NCBI GenBank assembly: GCA_965208165.1
Contig: OZ242323.1
Span: 1,364,078-1,428,077 of the forward strand
Length of the DNA stretch: 64,000 bases
From: Vicinamibacterales bacterium
GTDB lineage: Bacteria; Acidobacteriota; Vicinamibacteria; Vicinamibacterales; UBA8438
Reading direction: 5' to 3'
Shown here: piece after piece, positions 16,471 to 25,886 of the stretch
How the letters are laid out: each line of letters opens with the position of its first letter
Position numbering within the stretch: the first letter of the stretch is position 1
The notes under the pieces: model-generated
Told to the model about the DNA's origin: nothing
Seen by the model: only the letters and a program-made list of their open reading frames with translations
Database searches by the model: none
Made by a program: the position numbers and the translations under genes

Positions 16471-18076
16471 TGAGGCTCTCGTTGTCGAAGATCATCGCCT
16501 GCCGGGTGTCCGCGGCGTAAACGGGCCAGTGCGGCAGGTCCCGGGTGTCGGGGTTCCCGGTGCGGGCGAACGCCGTCCACGCCGCGCTCATCCGGCCGGC
16601 GAGAACGCGCGCGGCCGGCGATCCGGGCAGATCGAACAGCCGCGTCTCGGTGTGGTCGACGTTGTCGAAGACGAAGCGAATCTCGAGGGCGTGGGGCGTC
16701 TTCATCTCGCCCCCCATGTCCCAGTCGAAGCGGTAGAGCCAGGCGGGGGCGCCGCCCTGCGCGGTCTTCCGCGCCGCGAGCTCGCGCGCGTACATGCCGC
16801 GCGGGTGGTCCGTGCAGATCAGGATGTAGAGGTCCCACGGGCGCGCGTCGGGGTAGGCGTCGCGATAGGCGGTGACGACGCGGCCGGCGTCGGCGTCGCT
16901 CCGCAGCCGTGCCGCCATGCGCCCCTGCAGGTCGGTCTCCGTCATGTCGAGCGGCATCTCGCGGCCCCGCCACCACAGCGTCTCCTCGGTGCGGTTGTAG
17001 CCGACGATCACCGGCACGTCTCTCGAAATCTCGGCCGCCGCCGGATCGAAGGGATGAACCGGGATGAAGCGGCCGTCGAGCACGGGGGTGCTGCCGGACA
17101 TGCCGACCACGTGCTCCTCCGGCTCGAAGTCGCCGGACACCTCGGTGAATGCCGCGAACAGCCGGTCGGTCGGGACCGCCTGCAGATCCCGCGCCTGGTC
17201 GGCGCGCAGCCCGAGCTTCGCGAGCAGCAGCTCCGCCTCGCGGGTCGCATCGGACGCATGGCGAACGCGCAGCACCGCGCCGCTCTGGATGATCGCGCGG
17301 TGGAAGAGGCCCTTGGCGTCGGGCATCGCGAGCAGGGTCGAGACCTTCCGTCCGCCGCCGGACTCTCCGAACACGGTCACCCGGCCCGGATCGCCGCCGA
17401 ACGCCTCGATGTTGTCGCGTACCCACTTGAGGGCGGCGACGACGTCGAGCATGCCCGTGCAGCCGGACGCCGCGAAGTCGTCGCCGGCCAGCTCGGCGAG
17501 GTACGCCGACCCGAAGATGTTGAGGCGGTGGTTGATGGTGACGACGACCACGTCGCTCCGGTTGCACAGGTTGACGCCGTCGTAGGTGGCCGAAGACCCG
17601 GAGCCGGAGCTGAAGCCGCCGCCGTGCAGCCAGACCATGACCGGCCGCCGGCCACCGTCGCCGAGCCCCCGCGTCCACACGTTGAGGAAAAGGCAGTCCT
17701 CGCTGGCGACGGGCTGGGAGCGACCCTGCGGCGCCGCCGCGCCGTAGTCCAGCGCGTCGCGCACGCCGGTCCACGGCGCCGGCGCCGCGGGCGGCATGAA
17801 CCGGTTCCGCCCCCCCGTCGGTGCGCCGTATCGAACCCCCTTGAAGACGTGGACGCCCGCGCGGACGGCGCCTCGGACGCGGCCCGCGGTTGTCTCGACC
17901 GTCGCGCCCGAGGCCGTCTCCTGGCCCCACGCGGAAACGGTCGCGGCCGGCTCGCCGTGCAGCAGCCGTGCCGCGCCGCCGGCGGCGGCGAGGCCCGACG
18001 CCCGGCGCAGGAACCCGCGTCGGCTCCAGAGGTCGTGGCGTGTGGTCGCGGAGCCGGCGTGATGCGTTGCTGTCAT
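16409..18076 (-). CDS. carboxylesterase/lipase type B family, Tat-secreted
   Basis: Tat motif SRRGFLRRASGLAAAGGAA; FGESGGG nucleophile elbow (GESAG-type); EDCLFLNVW. Confidence 0.9.
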   Translation of the reverse strand: MTATHHAGSATTRHDLWSRRGFLRRASGLAAAGGAARLLHGEPAATVSAWGQETASGATVETTAGRVRGAVRAGVHVFKGVRYGAPTGGRNRFMPPAAPAPWTGVRDALDYGAAAPQGRSQPVASEDCLFLNVWTRGLGDGGRRPVMVWLHGGGFSSGSGSSATYDGVNLCNRSDVVVVTINHRLNIFGSAYLAELAGDDFAASGCTGMLDVVAALKWVRDNIEAFGGDPGRVTVFGESGGGRKVSTLLAMPDAKGLFHRAIIQSGAVLRVRHASDATREAELLLAKLGLRADQARDLQAVPTDRLFAAFTEVSGDFEPEEHVVGMSGSTPVLDGRFIPVHPFDPAAAEISRDVPVIVGYNRTEETLWWRGREMPLDMTETDLQGRMAARLRSDADAGRVVTAYRDAYPDARPWDLYILICTDHPRGMYARELAARKTAQGGAPAWLYRFDWDMGGEMKTPHALEIRFVFDNVDHTETRLFDLPGSPAARVLAGRMSAAWTAFARTGNPDTRDLPHWPVYAADTRQAMIFDNESLIVRDHDRGPRLVMEEVLGLA

Positions 18077-18160
18077 ACTACAGGCCTCCTGTCATCGGGC
18101 TCTTCCGTTGCGTCTTCTCGGACGTCTACTACGTCGATTGTCACTGATGGAGTTGGAGTG

Positions 18161-18448
18161 GTGGCCTTGCAGAATCCGCCCCACCCGGGAGGAATCGTAC
18201 GGCGCCGATGCCTCGATCCGCTCGGGCTGTCGGTGACGGAGGCCGCGGCCGGTCTGGGGGTGACACGCCAGGCGCTGTCGGATCTCGTCAACGAGAAGAC
18301 CGGCGTTTCGGTGGAAATGGCGATCCGGCTGTCCAAGGCGTTCGGGTCGTCGCCCGCGACGTGGCTCGGCATGCAGATCGCGTACGACCTCTGGCAGATG
18401 CGCACGCGTACTCGTGAGATCGAGGTCCGGCGATTCAGCACCGAATAG
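18161..18448 (+). CDS. higA: HigA-family antitoxin / XRE-type HTH regulator (no cognate HigB seen)
   Basis: (V)ALQNPPHPGGIVRRRCLDPLGLSVTEAAAGLGVTRQALSDLVNEKTGVSVEMAIRLSKAFGSSPATWLGMQ is the canonical HigA HTH. It is the 3' tail of a long shadow ORF; GTG start. Confidence 0.7.
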   Translation: MALQNPPHPGGIVRRRCLDPLGLSVTEAAAGLGVTRQALSDLVNEKTGVSVEMAIRLSKAFGSSPATWLGMQIAYDLWQMRTRTREIEVRRFSTE

Positions 18449-18482
18449 CCGCAAGCGGGCGACCCTGTATCCGAGGGATCGT

Positions 18483-18971
18483 TCACGGCTCGCGCAGCTC
18501 CACGGGCTGACCGTGCGGGGTGTGGCGGTAGGCGTCGGCCCACGCCTCCTTGCGGGCGTGGAGGGCCGGCGCGTCGGTCAGGCCCTTGGCGGCGGCGAGG
18601 CGCTCGAGGGTGGCGACCCAGTGGTGGTAGTAGCGCGAGCCGTCGTCGGGCTCGCCCTGCGCGGCGGCGGCGCGAAGCTCGTCGGCGAGGGCGCCGGTCC
18701 ATTCCTTCCAGGTGAAGTGGCCCTGCTCGCTGAGGCTGACGGCGAGGGCGAACGCCTGCGCCTGCCACGGCTCCGCGAACACGGGTCCGTCCTCGTCGCG
18801 CGGCAGCGGAGGGAGGGCGGCGAGCCGTTCGGCGTCCAGCCGCGGCACGGCGGGCCGGGGCGCGCGGGGGGGTGGCTCAGCCGTCGGTCCGTCGGCCCGC
18901 GGCGCCGGGAGGGCGTCCGGCCTAGGGGCGCCGGGGCCCGGTGCGCGGGGCCCAGGGTCAGGCAGGTTCAA
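18483..18971 (-). CDS. nitrile hydratase accessory (activator/metallochaperone) protein
   Basis: ...PVFAEPWQAQAFALAVSLSEQGHFTWKEWTGAL...YYHHWVATLERLAAAKGL...TPHGQPVEL matches the NHase beta-homologue accessory family. Overlaps the nthB stop. Confidence 0.75.
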   Translation of the reverse strand: MNLPDPGPRAPGPGAPRPDALPAPRADGPTAEPPPRAPRPAVPRLDAERLAALPPLPRDEDGPVFAEPWQAQAFALAVSLSEQGHFTWKEWTGALADELRAAAAQGEPDDGSRYYHHWVATLERLAAAKGLTDAPALHARKEAWADAYRHTPHGQPVELREP

Positions 18972-19611
18972 GGTGGTCCTCCCAGAGATCGACGTAGACG
19001 GTGTCGCGCGCGGACGCGCGCTCTCCCCACAGGTCGCGCGCCGTGAAGCGCACGGTGTAGACGTGCTGGGGCGGGCGGTCGATCGCCTGCCCGGCTTCGT
19101 CGGTGTCCTGCAGGGCGTACACGCCGTTGTCCCGCTTGACGACGCCCGTCTTGCCGCGCGTGTAGCGCGGCAGCCGCGTGTGTCCCGGCGGATGCAGATT
19201 GCGCGCGCGCACGTCCTCGCCCGGTCGGAAGCGCGGTGGCACGTCGGCGTTCAGTCGCCCGGGGCCGGAGGGGCGCGCGACGGGCCCGGGGCGGAGAGCC
19301 AACCCCGCCGGTCCCGGCCCCGGCCGTCCCGTTTCGAGCTCGGCCCTCGTCACCAGGCCGCTGCGTAGGAGCCGGTCCATCGATATCGCGAACCAGCGCT
19401 CGTAGTACGACATGCGCAGGTAGTCGGCGGGGGGGATGCGCTCGAGGTCGTAGCGGAAGCTGCCCCAGCCCGGCACCCGGTCCTTGGGCCGGAGGGCGGC
19501 GCGGATGGCGAACACGCGGCCCTCCCAGGGGTGGTGGAAGACGGGCTCGTCGTCTTCGCGCTCGACGGGGCCGAATCCGTCCATGCCGCCCATGTCGTGG
19601 ACGCCGTTCAT
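18958..19611 (-). CDS. nthB: nitrile hydratase beta subunit
   Basis: MNGVHDMGGMDGFGPVEREDDEPVFHHPWEGRVFAI...; unsplit beta chain, so nitrile hydratase rather than thiocyanate hydrolase. Confidence 0.85.
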   Translation of the reverse strand: MNGVHDMGGMDGFGPVEREDDEPVFHHPWEGRVFAIRAALRPKDRVPGWGSFRYDLERIPPADYLRMSYYERWFAISMDRLLRSGLVTRAELETGRPGPGPAGLALRPGPVARPSGPGRLNADVPPRFRPGEDVRARNLHPPGHTRLPRYTRGKTGVVKRDNGVYALQDTDEAGQAIDRPPQHVYTVRFTARDLWGERASARDTVYVDLWEDHLEPA

Positions 19612-19745
19612 GTCGATCTCCCGCCGGTGGGGGGCGGCTCGACGGCGACTTCGCGCTCGACGGGGCCGAATCCGTCCATGCCGCTCATGTCGTGGACGCC
19701 GTTCATGCGGACCTCCCGCCGGCCGGCGGCGGCACGACGGCAACG
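19556..19745. repeat. 95-bp tandem duplication of the nthA-3' / nthB-5' junction
   Basis: ATG-to-ATG period is 95 bp. The proximal copy gives a 32-aa [35 protein letters not shown] whose stop overlaps the real nthB ATG (ATGA), just as its own ATG overlaps the nthA stop. Confidence 0.75.
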
Positions 19746-20386
19746 CCGATCATGGCGTCGCGCGAGACGAGACCGGCCAGCTCTTCCTCGGTCATTCCCT
19801 CCGTGCCGGCAGGTCGTGCGGGCAGCACCAGGTAGCGGATCTCCGCCGTGCTGTCCCACACCCGCACCTCGATGTCGTCGCCGACGTCGACGCCGAACTC
19901 GCGCAGCACCGCGCGCGGCTCGATGACGGCGCGCGCGCGGTAGGCGTTGGACTTGTACCAGACCGGGGGCAGCCCGAGGGTCGGCCACGGGTAGCAGGAG
20001 CAGAGGGTGCAGACGACGAGGTTGTGGACATCGGCGGTGTTCTCGACGACCACCATGTGCTCGCCCTGGGTGCCGCCGAACCCGATCTCGGCGATGGCCG
20101 CGGTCCCGTCGTCGAGCAGCCGCGTCTTGTAGGCGGGGTCGGCCCAGGCCCGGGCCACGACCTGGGCGCCGTTCCGGGGGCCGATGCGGTTCTCGTATGC
20201 GTCGACCACCGCGTCGAGGTCGGCGGGGTCGACCATCTTCTTGTCGACGAGAATCGACTCGAGCGCGCGCACGCGCAGCGCGATGTCGTCGGGCACGACC
20301 TGGTGGTCGTGGTGGTGCTCGTGTCCGCCCGGCTCGCCGCCGGCCGCCTGCCTTCCGCGGGCCGGGCCGTTCTCCGATTCTGTCAT
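19703..20386 (-). CDS. nthA: nitrile hydratase alpha subunit, cobalt type
   Basis: Metal-binding [10 protein letters not shown] (Co-type CTLCSC); AGGAG RBS before MTESENG. Confidence 0.9.
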   Translation of the reverse strand: MTESENGPARGRQAAGGEPGGHEHHHDHQVVPDDIALRVRALESILVDKKMVDPADLDAVVDAYENRIGPRNGAQVVARAWADPAYKTRLLDDGTAAIAEIGFGGTQGEHMVVVENTADVHNLVVCTLCSCYPWPTLGLPPVWYKSNAYRARAVIEPRAVLREFGVDVGDDIEVRVWDSTAEIRYLVLPARPAGTEGMTEEELAGLVSRDAMIGVAVVPPPAGGRSA

Positions 20387-20560
20387 CTCCTGGGCTCCCG
20401 ATCGTCTGTCGCCCGAGCCGTAACCTGGCGACGACAGGCCGGGCGACGCCACGTGCTCTCGCCGGTTCGTGGCCAACGCCGCCCGCGGAGGGGTCCGTAA
20501 GTCAAGCAGCCGTCGGGCGGGTATCGATCCGGCTACCGGCGCCGGACGCTCGCCGACCCC

Positions 20561-20764
20561 TTGGGACAGTGATCGACATAAGGTTGCCAACTGCAACTGG
20601 GCGCAACCCGTTTCTCACCGTTTCGGGCGCTTGGCGCGTGGCAAGGTAATTTCCGTCATTAGTTGGGACAGTGATCGACACAGGGTTGCCAACTGGACTC
20701 GGGCTCAGCCCGTATTCTACGGTTTCGCGCTCCAGGCAGACGGCAAGGCAATTCTCGTCAGTGT
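20561..20764. repeat. two tandem ~102-bp direct repeats upstream of nthA
   Basis: TTGGGACAGTGATCGACAyAgGGTTGCCAACTG... occurs twice head-to-tail between the NTF2-like gene stop and the nthA promoter region. Confidence 0.7.
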
Positions 20765-20766
20765 CC

Positions 20767-21219
20767 TCACTGCACCCGCGTGCTGTGCGCCGAGACGCAC
20801 TGCCAGCGGCCGTCGCGCCGTATCCAGACGTCGGTGTACCGCAATGTCAGCTCGGATTCCTGTCCCTGGCGCAGGCCGACGAGGTGCAGGGTGAACCACA
20901 CCACCGCGGTGTCCCCGTAGATCGCGACGCGGAAGTCGTCCTGGACGGCCGAGATCACCGCCTGGTTGAAGTTGGCGACGAGTTCCAGCTCCCGCGCCTT
21001 GTCGCCGCGGCTGCCGTCGTCGTAGGTGCCGCGGAACTCGTCGGCGAGCAGGCCCTCGATGACGTCCACGTCCCCCGTGTAGACCGCGTCGTTCCAGCTT
21101 CGCTCGAGCTCGATCAAGGTCTCCCGGGTGGACTGGGCCGATTGGGCGCCCGCCGTCGCCGCCACGGCGAGAAGGACGGCGGCAAGCATCCACGAGAAGG
21201 GTCGGCGGCAGGTTCGCAT
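20767..21219 (-). CDS. secreted NTF2-like / DUF4440 (SnoaL-like) protein
   Basis: Signal peptide; ...LIELERSWNDAVYTGDVDVIEGLLADEF...RDGRWQCVSAH is the NTF2 fold pattern. Confidence 0.7.
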   Translation of the reverse strand: MRTCRRPFSWMLAAVLLAVAATAGAQSAQSTRETLIELERSWNDAVYTGDVDVIEGLLADEFRGTYDDGSRGDKARELELVANFNQAVISAVQDDFRVAIYGDTAVVWFTLHLVGLRQGQESELTLRYTDVWIRRDGRWQCVSAHSTRVQ

Positions 21220-21406
21220 CGTTGGCGTTCCTTTCAAATGGCCGCGGCGTCGCTGCCGACGCTACGGGGCGGGGGCAACCGCGGGGCACTTGCCCACGCG
21301 CCCGTCGCCCGCAGAATCTCGCACTGCAACTCCGATGTCCGCATTGTCGAACCCCCGGGCGGCGTTATCGCCGTTGTCGGGGTGGCGCGGTCCCACGGCG
21401 CGGGCG

Positions 21407-22159
21407 CTACAGCTCGCGGACCCAGATGTTGCGGTAGCTCACATGGTTGCGGTGATCCTGGAGCATGAGCGGCAGCCGGTCGGCGTGGGCCTCGTAGCGG
21501 GGATCGCCGCGGAAGACGGTCGGGCCTTCCAGGGTCACGTGGTTCTGCACGAGCACGCCGTTGTGGAGCACCGTCACCGTGGCGGGGCTCTCCAGGTCGC
21601 CGTCCGGGGTGAACCGCGGAGCGGCGAAGATGATGTCGTAGGTCTGCCACTCGCCGGGCCCCCGCGAGGCGTTCACGAGGGGGATGTGCTGCTTGTAGAC
21701 GCTCGCCGCCTGCCCGTTGACGTAGGTGGGGTTCTGCCACGAGTCCAGCACCTGAACCTCGTAGAGCCCCATCAGGAACACCCCGCTGTTGCCGCGGCCC
21801 TGGCTCTCGCCGACGATCTCGGCGGGCGTGCGCCACTCGATGTGGAGCTGCACGTCGCCGAACCCCCGCTTCGTGGTCAGGTTCCCGGTGCCCGGGACCA
21901 CGGTCATGGCGCCGTCGGCCACCTTCCACCCGGGCTCGCCGCCGCGGCCCCGCCACTCGGACAGGCCGGTGCCGTCGAACAGGACGATGGCGTCGGCCGG
22001 CGCGTGGCCGGGCCGGCCGGGGTCCACGGCGGCGGGCGTGGGCTTCCACACCTCGGTCTTCTCGGGCGGCGGCAGTGCGCCGCGTTCCTGAGCCCCCGCC
22101 GCGACCGTCAGCACCGACACGATCAGCCCGCCCGCCATGAACCCTGTGTTGCGCAGCAT
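21407..22159 (-). CDS. DUF1080 / 3-keto-disaccharide hydrolase family, secreted
   Basis: NSGVFLMGLYEVQVLDSWQNPTYVNGQAASVYKQHIPLVNASRGPGEWQTYDIIF...VTVLHNGVLVQNH is a diagnostic DUF1080 block; GGAGAG RBS. Confidence 0.8.
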   Translation of the reverse strand: MLRNTGFMAGGLIVSVLTVAAGAQERGALPPPEKTEVWKPTPAAVDPGRPGHAPADAIVLFDGTGLSEWRGRGGEPGWKVADGAMTVVPGTGNLTTKRGFGDVQLHIEWRTPAEIVGESQGRGNSGVFLMGLYEVQVLDSWQNPTYVNGQAASVYKQHIPLVNASRGPGEWQTYDIIFAAPRFTPDGDLESPATVTVLHNGVLVQNHVTLEGPTVFRGDPRYEAHADRLPLMLQDHRNHVSYRNIWVREL

Positions 22160-22400
22160 GGTTGCGTCCTCTCCATCAACTCTTGTGTTCCGCGCAGACT
22201 CGGTTCCACCAGTCCTCGCAAGACTCACCGGTCTGCCCTTCGTGCCTGGTCCGGTAATGCCGGTCGATGCCGTCCCACCCATTGCCACGGAACGCATGGT
22301 CGCACAGGGGACAAATCCGTGGTCGCGACGTGGGCTGCCCCCAACACGGACAGCCCGGATGGCACTTGGCGCGCGGTATGTCGTCGGTCGCCTCGACTGA

Positions 22401-23765
22401 CTATACCTGCGGCAGCATCCAGGGCGCGCGGTACGGCGTCCGCAGCATCTTGTTGGCGGCACTGTCCGCCTCGCCCTCGAACATCTGCTTCCCGGCGTCC
22501 CACACCACCTTGCCGCCGGTGCGGAACGCGATGTTCCCGAGGTGGGCGTTCACCGCGGCGAGGCTCGCGACGTCGGCGTTGCAGACCGGCTGCTCACGCG
22601 ACCGCATGCACGCGATGAAGTTCTCGGTGTGCTGGTCGAGGCCTCGCTGGGCCGGGTTCGCCGCGACGCGCGGCCGGCCGGGCATCTTGTAGCCGACGGG
22701 GCGCCGGTTCTCGAGCTTCTCCTCGGGATAGAGCTCCCAGCCCTGGCGGTCGACGACCAGCGTGCCGTTGTTGCCGACGAATGCGACCCCGTGCGCCCGC
22801 TGGAAGGGGCCGAGCTCGATACCGGTGGCGTGCTCCCACGTCATCAGGAAGTCGTCGAACTCGTAGAGGGCGGTCATCGTGTCGGGGGTCTCCTGGTCGT
22901 CGTCGGGATAGGCGAACTTGCCCCCGCTCGCGACCACGCTGCGCGGCGCCTCGGCCTGCATGCCCCAGAGCACGATGTCGATGATGTGGACGCCCCAGTC
23001 GGTCATCAGGCCGCCCGCGTAGTCCCAGAACCACCGGAAGTTGAAGTGGAAGCGGTTGGGGTTGAACGGCCGCTTCGGGGCGGGGCCGAGCCACCGGTCG
23101 TAGTCGACGCCCTCGGGCGGCTCGCTGTCGGGCACGTCGGGCACCGGGGGCAGCCAGTTCATGTAGGCCCAGGCCCGCACGCTGCGGATGCGCCCCAGCG
23201 CCCCGCCGTGCACGAACTCGATGGCCTCGGCCCAGTGCGGTCCGCTGCGCTGCCACTGCCCGCACTGCACGACCCGGCCGTAGTGGCGGGCGGCGGTGGT
23301 CATGACCTGGCACTCGTAGATCGAGTTGGCCAGCGGCTTCTCCACGTACACGTCCTTGCCGGCCGCGCAGGCGTCGACCATCTGCAGGCAGTGCCAGTGG
23401 TCGGGGGTGCCGATGACCACCGCGTCGAGGTCGTCGTTCTCCAGCAACGCCCGGTGGTCGGCGTAGAGGGCCGGCCGCTTGCCGCCCATCGCCTCGACGT
23501 CGCCGGCCCGCCGCTCGAGCACGCCCGGGTCGACGTCGCAGAGGGCGGCGCACTCGACGCCCGGCTGCCGCAGCAGCGATCGCACGTTCGAGAACCCCAT
23601 GCCGTTGACGCCGATGGCGCCGATGACGATGCGGTCGCTCGGGGCCGTCGCCTGCCGGCCCGTGGCGTAGGCGGGCGGCGTCCACAGGGCGGCGCTCGCG
23701 CCCACGGCGCCGGTGGCGGAGGTTTGGAGGAAGCGGCGTCTCGACAGGCTCATGGCACTCTCCAT
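22401..23765 (-). CDS. Gfo/Idh/MocA-family oxidoreductase, Tat-secreted
   Basis: Tat motif SRRRFLQTSATGAVGASAA; Rossmann IGAIGVNGMG; family-typical GKDVYVEKP. Confidence 0.85.
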   Translation of the reverse strand: MESAMSLSRRRFLQTSATGAVGASAALWTPPAYATGRQATAPSDRIVIGAIGVNGMGFSNVRSLLRQPGVECAALCDVDPGVLERRAGDVEAMGGKRPALYADHRALLENDDLDAVVIGTPDHWHCLQMVDACAAGKDVYVEKPLANSIYECQVMTTAARHYGRVVQCGQWQRSGPHWAEAIEFVHGGALGRIRSVRAWAYMNWLPPVPDVPDSEPPEGVDYDRWLGPAPKRPFNPNRFHFNFRWFWDYAGGLMTDWGVHIIDIVLWGMQAEAPRSVVASGGKFAYPDDDQETPDTMTALYEFDDFLMTWEHATGIELGPFQRAHGVAFVGNNGTLVVDRQGWELYPEEKLENRRPVGYKMPGRPRVAANPAQRGLDQHTENFIACMRSREQPVCNADVASLAAVNAHLGNIAFRTGGKVVWDAGKQMFEGEADSAANKMLRTPYRAPWMLPQV

Positions 23766-23897
23766 CGTCGGCGGATCACGTCAGGGCGGATTGCGGCTCC
23801 AAGAATAATCCGGCGACCCGCGGCTTGTCATCCGCTGCGGGCCGCGGGCCACCCCCCGGGGTTGCCGGTACCGGCTGCCTTCGTCTACGTTGTGAGT

Positions 23898-24089
23898 ATG
23901 GACGTATTGCTCGACGCCCTTCCCGTACTCGCGGTCGGCGGCTTCCTCTGGCGCCAGATTTCCAGCCTGGATCGACGCCTGGGATCCGTCGAGCGAGGGT
24001 TGGGCGATGTCGCGCAGCGGCTCGCGCGCCTCGAAGGCCGCATCGAGGGCTGGCAGGATCGCCAGCATCCGCCGGTGGCGTCCGCCTGA
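23898..24089 (+). CDS. small membrane-anchored coiled-coil protein (paralog family 2/3)
   Basis: MDVLLDALPVLAVGGFLWRQISSLDRRLGSVERGLGDVAQRLARLEGRIEGW: TM helix then coiled coil. It is the tail of a long shadow ORF. Confidence 0.45.
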   Translation: MDVLLDALPVLAVGGFLWRQISSLDRRLGSVERGLGDVAQRLARLEGRIEGWQDRQHPPVASA

Positions 24090-24148
24090 AGCCGACCCCA
24101 GGGCTTCGTCGTCGTCTCCACTCTCGGCGACCACGCCGTCGCCCCCGG

Positions 24149-24232
24149 CTCAACTGAAGTACCAGCGCCGCCACCAGCAGCACGATCGCTGCCGACTGGA
24201 CGAGGTCTCCCGTCGTCAGGTCCGCTCGCGCC
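24149..24232. repeat. ~85-bp duplicated copy of the SSS-transporter gene 3' end (134-bp period)
   Basis: TCAACTGAAGTA..CACGATCGCTGCCGACTGGACGAGGTC.CCCGTCGTC.AGGTCCGCTCGCGC recurs 134 bp upstream of the genuine gene end (24283..) and includes the stop. Confidence 0.7.
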
Positions 24233-24284
24233 GCGATCCTCTGCCGCACCTCCGCTCCGGAGGACTACGCCGTTGCCTCTGGGA

Positions 24285-25886
24285 TCAACTGAAGTAGATC
24301 AGCACCCCCGCCACCAGCAACACGATCGCTGCCGACTGGACGAGGTCCCCCGTCGTCCAGGTCCGCTCGCGCGGCGCGTCTTCCGCCTCCGGGGCGCTGA
24401 ACGTCAGCCCCCGTAGTCGCGCCGGGTCCGGCCGTTCGGTGGCGAGGCTGACCGTGGCGAGGAGCAGCACGCAGACCACGAACAGGGCGAAGCCGAAGTA
24501 CAGGAAGTTCACGCCGGCCAGCCAGCCGAGGGGACCGGACAGCGCGTCGGCCCGCAGCTCGAGCAGCAGCTTCGCCATCCCGAGGACGAACCCCGCCACC
24601 AGGGTGGTGATGGCCCCGGTCGCGTTCACCCGGTTCCACAGCAGCCCCAGCAGGAACACCGCCGCGATGGGCGGGGCGATGTACGCCTGCACGTTCTGCA
24701 GGTAGGTGTAGAGCCCCGTCGCGAGGGCCTGCATGACGGGGATCCACGCGATGCCGAGCCCGACGACGGCGAGGGTGCCCCAGCGCCCCACCCGCACGAG
24801 CTCCGCCCCCGTTGCGGCGGGGCGCACCTTGCGGTAGACGTCCATCGTGAACAGGGTCGAGCACGAGTTGAAAACGGCGGCGAGCGAGCTCATCAGGGCC
24901 GCGAGCAGGCCGGCGGCGACGAGGCCGCGCAGGCCCACCGGCAGCACCGCGTTGACGAGCACGGGCAGGGCCTGGTCGGCCTCGGCGAGGTCGAGCCGGC
25001 CGCGGTTGGCGAGGCCCAGCGCGATCATCCCCGGCACGATGAAGAGGAACACCGCCGACAGCTTCAGCCACGCGCCCCAGATGGCGCCCCGGCGCGCGGT
25101 GGCCTCGTCCTCGGCGGCCAGCACCCGCTGCACGATGTACTGGTCGGTGCACCAGTACCAGAGGCCGACGATGGGCGGGGTCAGCACCATGCCGAGCCAG
25201 GGGAACTCGGGGTCGTCGAGGGGCTTCCACATGTCGAACAGGTCGCTCCCCACCGACGCGCGCAGCTCGCCCCAGCCGCCGATCTCCGCGAGCCCGAAGA
25301 AGGTCACCGCGGCCGAGCCCCCGACGAGGACGAACGCCTGCAGCGCCTCGGTGTAGACCACCGCGCGCAGGCCGCCGAGCACGGTGTAGACGCCGGTCAG
25401 CACGACCACCGCCGCCGCCCCCGTCCAGAAGTCGAGGCCCATCAGCCCCTGCAGCATGACGCCGCCCGCGTAGACGGTCACCGACACCTTGGTGAGGACG
25501 TAGCCCACCAGCATGACCACCGACAAGAACCAGCGGCTGCGGCCGTCGTAGCGCCGCTCGAGGAACTCGGGCATCGTGAAGACGCCGCTGCGCAGGTAGA
25601 ACGGCACGAACACCCAGCCCAGGAGCAGGATGATCCACGAGTGCAGCTCGTAGTGCCCCAGCACCATGCCGGTGCTGGCCCCCGAGCCGGCGAGCCCGAC
25701 CACGTGCTCGGAGCCGATGTTCGAGGCGAACAGCGACCCCCCGATGGCGAACCAGCCGACGTGCCGGCCCGCGAGAAAGTAGTCGGCGGCGGTCTGCTGG
25801 CGCCGGCGCGCGACCCACGCCGCGATGCCGAGCAGGGCCGCGAAGTACGCGCCGACGACGATCCAGTCCAGAGCGGCGAACCTCAT
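24285..25886 (-). CDS. sodium:solute symporter (SSS/SGLT family)
   Basis: 533 aa with 13-14 TM helices; N-terminus DWIVVGAYFAALLGIAAWVARRRQQTAADYFLAGRHVGWFAIGGSLFASNIGSEH is typical of SSF transporters. Confidence 0.9.
   Translation of the reverse strand: MRFAALDWIVVGAYFAALLGIAAWVARRRQQTAADYFLAGRHVGWFAIGGSLFASNIGSEHVVGLAGSGASTGMVLGHYELHSWIILLLGWVFVPFYLRSGVFTMPEFLERRYDGRSRWFLSVVMLVGYVLTKVSVTVYAGGVMLQGLMGLDFWTGAAAVVVLTGVYTVLGGLRAVVYTEALQAFVLVGGSAAVTFFGLAEIGGWGELRASVGSDLFDMWKPLDDPEFPWLGMVLTPPIVGLWYWCTDQYIVQRVLAAEDEATARRGAIWGAWLKLSAVFLFIVPGMIALGLANRGRLDLAEADQALPVLVNAVLPVGLRGLVAAGLLAALMSSLAAVFNSCSTLFTMDVYRKVRPAATGAELVRVGRWGTLAVVGLGIAWIPVMQALATGLYTYLQNVQAYIAPPIAAVFLLGLLWNRVNATGAITTLVAGFVLGMAKLLLELRADALSGPLGWLAGVNFLYFGFALFVVCVLLLATVSLATERPDPARLRGLTFSAPEAEDAPRERTWTTGDLVQSAAIVLLVAGVLIYFS

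Noticed and set aside
19703-20386. Alternative call of the metalloenzyme as thiocyanate hydrolase
   Set aside because: The beta subunit is a single unsplit ~217-aa chain with the NHase N-terminus MNGVHDMGG. SCNase has three subunits. The alpha motif is the Co-NHase VCTLCSCY.
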